Below are positions 59,990 through 64,000 of a DNA stretch of 64,000 nt, piece after piece. The notes beneath the pieces are model-generated. The model saw only the letters and a list, made by a program, of their open reading frames with translations. It ran no database searches and was not told where the DNA came from. Positions within the stretch are counted from its first letter, which is position 1; every line of letters starts with the position of its first letter. The position numbers were made by a program, and so were the translations under genes. This stretch comes from Eledone cirrhosa (Eukaryota), in the NCBI GenBank assembly GCA_964016885.1, contig OZ024752.1, forward strand, positions 13,826,001 to 13,890,000. The letters run 5' to 3'.

Positions 59990-62400
59990 GTATGTTCTTC
60001 TGGTTTTATAATTTCACAAATCTTTGCCAATGGAGAGAGAGTCGGTTTCTAACATAGACACAAGACTCTCTCATTGGAATTTACACAACATCAACTAGAT
60101 AGATATGGATGTTATTGTATGTGTGGGTGTGTGTGTTTTGAGTTGTATCTGTACATGTGTATATGCAGTTTTTAGATGCAAAATATTTGGAATGTTTTAC
60201 ATATTTTTACTGTTCCATTAACGGATTGTACTTGTAATTTCCTAAATAGTTGTGTTCTTTCTGTTCCTGTGAAGCTTAGCTTCTCAAGATTTGTATTGAG
60301 GCAGTTACTAACATATCCCAGTGCCCCAATAATCATAGGCATAAATCTGAAGGTGTAATCAGGGTGAAGTACCTGCAGATTTCTCATCAGTTCTGCATAA
60401 ATATTCACTTTTTCGCTAATCTTTGATATTATATTGGCATCTGCTGGGCAGGTAACTTCCACTACTGTGCATGCTTTCTGCTCCCTGTCCCATATCATAA
60501 TATATGGTCTGTTATGCCTGCATTTTATTACGGTTTTTACTGGACCATTCCACGAGTACTCATACATATTATGCATGTCTTCCACATTACTGTACTTTTT
60601 AATGTGTTTATTATCGGGGCAACCTTTTCTACGGATTGCATTGTACAGTGTTTTGGCCACTACATCATGCCTCATAGGTAGATAGTACCGCGATGATATC
60701 TTTGGACAGCTGCTTATGACATGGGTGACATATTCGATGTTAATGCTGCAGAGTCTGCACTTGTTATCACATCTAGGTGTTTTGCCTGCATCCCTATCTC
60801 TTTTGTGAATCAAATATTTCGTGTTGATTTCCTGTTCTTCGATGGCAAAAGCGTATCATTCAAAGTGGGAGCCAATATAGCGGTTGTTGGTCTAAGATAA
60901 ACTACTTTCTTTATCTATATTACTCTCACTCTGGAGCTTCCTGGCAACATATCCATGCATGAATTTTTGCTGATAAGCATGCAGTTTTTCATCCATGGAT
61001 TCACTGCGATACTGCTGAGCGACATCCCTGGGTGTGAGTTTTTGATTATCACACAGGGAATATTTCTCAAGGAGTTCCTTCCCAACTCTCATGATCTTAT
61101 CTGTGTCATGCAGATAGACTTGCTCGAGAAGCGGGCTCCTACGCTTTGAGGTTCGTAGATGTTGTCGGAGGAATATGTTGCGATATTCAAATGCTGTCTG
61201 GACCGATGTTAGGCCTCTGCCTCCCTGCTTACGTTTCAATTAAAGGCGGTCTATGCCACTGTTGATGTGGAAGTTTCCGGTGTTGTTCAGTATTTTTCGA
61301 GTTCCAACATAAACTGCTCGGATTTCGTCTATCGTCCAATTGAGTATTCCAAAAGTTGGCGTTAGGACAAGCATAGCAAACACATTGTGAGTCACTGTTT
61401 TGTTTTGCGCAAAGAGTTCCGATGACCATATCTTTCTTAATCGTGTGTAGTATTCCCTGGTTACGCGTTCCTTATTACAGATACCATTATAGGATATGTT
61501 CTCATCTATCCCCAGGTATCTGTAGCAGTCCTCATCAGATATTCGTGAAACAGTTAGGTCATTGATACAAATGTTGCTTGATTGGGTTGTTGTTTTTCCC
61601 AGCTTTACAGTCATATATGTGCATTTATCTTGGCCAAACTCCATTCCTATATCCTTTGAGGATGTTGTAACCAGGTCAAGATTTTTCTTCATCTCATCCA
61701 TGTTCTTGGGATAGCGTTTCAGATTATCCACAAAGAAATTATCGGTTAGGTTCGTATTTCTGTCCTCCTGTGAGCCAATGATGTATCCTTCACATTTCTT
61801 GAGCAGAAAGGACAAGGTGTTTAATGACAGGATGAGTAATATCACAGAGAGAGTGTCCCCCTGAAATATACCCCTGCGATATTTTATTTTATCTGTGAAA
61901 ATAGAGTCCTCCCTCTCTGTCTTTAACCTTAGGATAGTAGCCCAAGAAGAAGACAGCAACTCTATGGCTCTGATAATAATGTCTGGGATTTAGCATGTCG
62001 GAGGACCTCTATCATCCAAGAGTGACGAACAGAATCGAAAGCTTCCCTGTAGTCCAGCCAGACTGTAGCCATATTCCTCCTAAGTTGTCGCAGCTCCGAC
62101 ATCGCAGTTTTGTTGGTTAGGAGTTGTTCAGCACATCCCCAAACCCCTTTTTTTCCAGCTGCTTGTTCATCGGTGATGATGTTATTATTTTCACAGTGAT
62201 CTTGGATGAATAGGCTCAGGCAGCCTGTATACATCTTATACATCAGGTTCTGGCAGGCAATGGGTCGGTAGTTTTTTGCCAGATGGGTGTCTTTGTTCTT
62301 GCGGACTAGTAATGTTTGTGCTAATGTCAACCATTCTGGTATAAGTGTATCTCCCTTAAGAACTTGTTGGTTCAGGTCGGTAAGATACCTTCGATAGAAT
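59990..62400 (-). mobile_element. 5'-truncated, frameshifted R4/Dong-like LINE (RT + CCHC + restriction-like endonuclease + 3' UTR)
   Basis: [85 protein letters not shown]. Confidence 0.9.
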
Positions 62401-62404
62401 GTCA

Positions 62405-62910
62405 GTAGAATATGTATGTATGTGTGTGTATATATGTATATGTGCATGCGTATATGTGCATGCGTATATGTGTATAAGTATATATGTATATGTATATATG
62501 TATATGTATAAGTACATATGTATAAGTATATATGTATGTGTATATGTATATATATGTATGTGTATATGTATATATGTATATGTATGTATATGTATGCATA
62601 TATGTATGTATATATGTGCATATGTATATATGTGCATATGTATATATGTGCATATGTATATGTGCATATGTATATATGTGCATATGTATATATGTGTATA
62701 TGTATATATGTGTATATGTATATATGTGTATATGTATATATGTGTATATGTATATATGTGTATATGTATATATGTATATGTGTATATGTGTATGTATGTA
62801 TGTGTGTATATGTATATGTGTGTATGTGTATGTGTTTATATGTATATATACATAATGTATATTTGAATGTATATATATATATATATATATATGTATATTT
62901 ATATGTGTGT
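62405..62910. repeat. (TATG)n/(TATATGTG)n microsatellite
   Basis: Direct inspection. Confidence 0.95.
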
Positions 62911-63447
62911 GAATGTAGTGACCAAAGTTAACAGCACAAAGCAATCGATGAACAATTAAAAGATTATCACAGCGCACCATTTGTTCCTTCTGCCTTCCTC
63001 ACGTGCAGTATCACACCTCTTGGTCCAGCTGACAGATTAGATCTGATTATATGGGCTTTGTAAGGAAATAAATTGTTCGTTACTAATAAGTAACCATTTA
63101 GTTAAAACGTTAATATGTATTATTTTACTTTGATCTCTGAGTTTATTGCCCTTGCTTGTGATTAATACTGTTATCAAAGAAACCACAGTGAAGTAATCAT
63201 CTACTTAATCAACCTCCTAGTTTGCTCGTTTGACTTTTGTAGCGTTTCAGTTGGGTTGGGGGCCACGGATCTAGTCATTTCTAATTTGGGTATTTTATGA
63301 AGTTATGAAAATATAACGTTGCTAACACCTTCGTTTAAAAACGTATTTTATATTCATCTACGGTGGATGGTTTTCTTACTGTATAATGTCGACCTACAGA
63401 TGTATACTATAGAATTGTTCAACAATTCGTCGATAATTACGAAGTAA

Positions 63448-63632
63448 TAATTTTCTACTTTCGGCACAAGGCCAGCAATTACCCAGTGTATTACTGGTAC
63501 TTTATTTTATCGACAACGTAAGGATGAAAGGCAAAGTTAACCTCGGCTGGATTTGAACTCAGAATGGCAAGGGCCGTAACTCTATGCATCAAAGCATGGT
63601 GTCCGACCCTCTACCGATACTGCCAATCCACC
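63448..63632 (-). mobile_element. tRNA-derived SINE (family A)
   Basis: Full-length match. Confidence 0.85.
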
Positions 63633-63921
63633 AATGATAAAATATATAAAAACGTGAGCAAATTATGTATATTTCTGCAATTATTCGCTCTAATATGTAA
63701 TGGAGTTTTGAACTAGAGAAGCCTAATAGTTAAATATACTGAATAGAATAGAACGAACCCCCGTCGATTTCGGCGATGAGTGTCCCAATCAATTATTTCC
63801 TTGATCTCATTAGTGATGTGGCCACACAAAGGAATTCTTGTTACTTTCTAATGGCAAGATCTGTATCTTGCTGAGCATGTCCAACGTTCTAACGATTCAA
63901 CCAATCCACCGCCACTTTCTA

Positions 63922-64000
63922 ATAATTGTTTCTACTTTTGGCACAAGACCAGCAATTATCCCATTGCATTACTGGTACTTTATTTTATCTACCCCGTAAG
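63922..64000 (-). mobile_element. tRNA-derived SINE (family A), cut by the window end; a related degenerate SINE lies at ~63735-63914
   Basis: ttgtttctacttttggcacaagaccagcaattatccc...; upstream segment ends ccaatccaccgcca. Confidence 0.75.

Overview
Eukaryotic, AT-rich, repeat-dominated window with no confidently identifiable host gene. The very long (TA)n/(TACA)n tracts and the tRNA-derived SINE families suggest a cephalopod (octopus-like) genome, which is an inference. Contents: decayed R4/Dong-type (RT + restriction-like endonuclease) LINEs, CR1-group and RTE LINE fragments, many tRNA-SINE copies, two MITEs, a 7.7-kb 15-bp minisatellite with ~2-kb higher-order repeats, a 200-N gap, and many Penelope-like element (PLE) fragments of at least two lineages in inverted or tandem arrangements. 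The most notable feature is a non-coding, near-perfect tandem array of 483-bp units (30318-32167). Each unit carries a complete type I hammerhead ribozyme with a palindromic stem III, and the array has a PLE-style inverted 5' segment. It is a candidate non-LTR retrozyme that could yield a 483-nt circular RNA. About ten more hammerhead motifs, some degenerate, lie in PLE 3' ends and short inverted repeats. Nearly all long ORFs in the supplied track are microsatellite artefacts.
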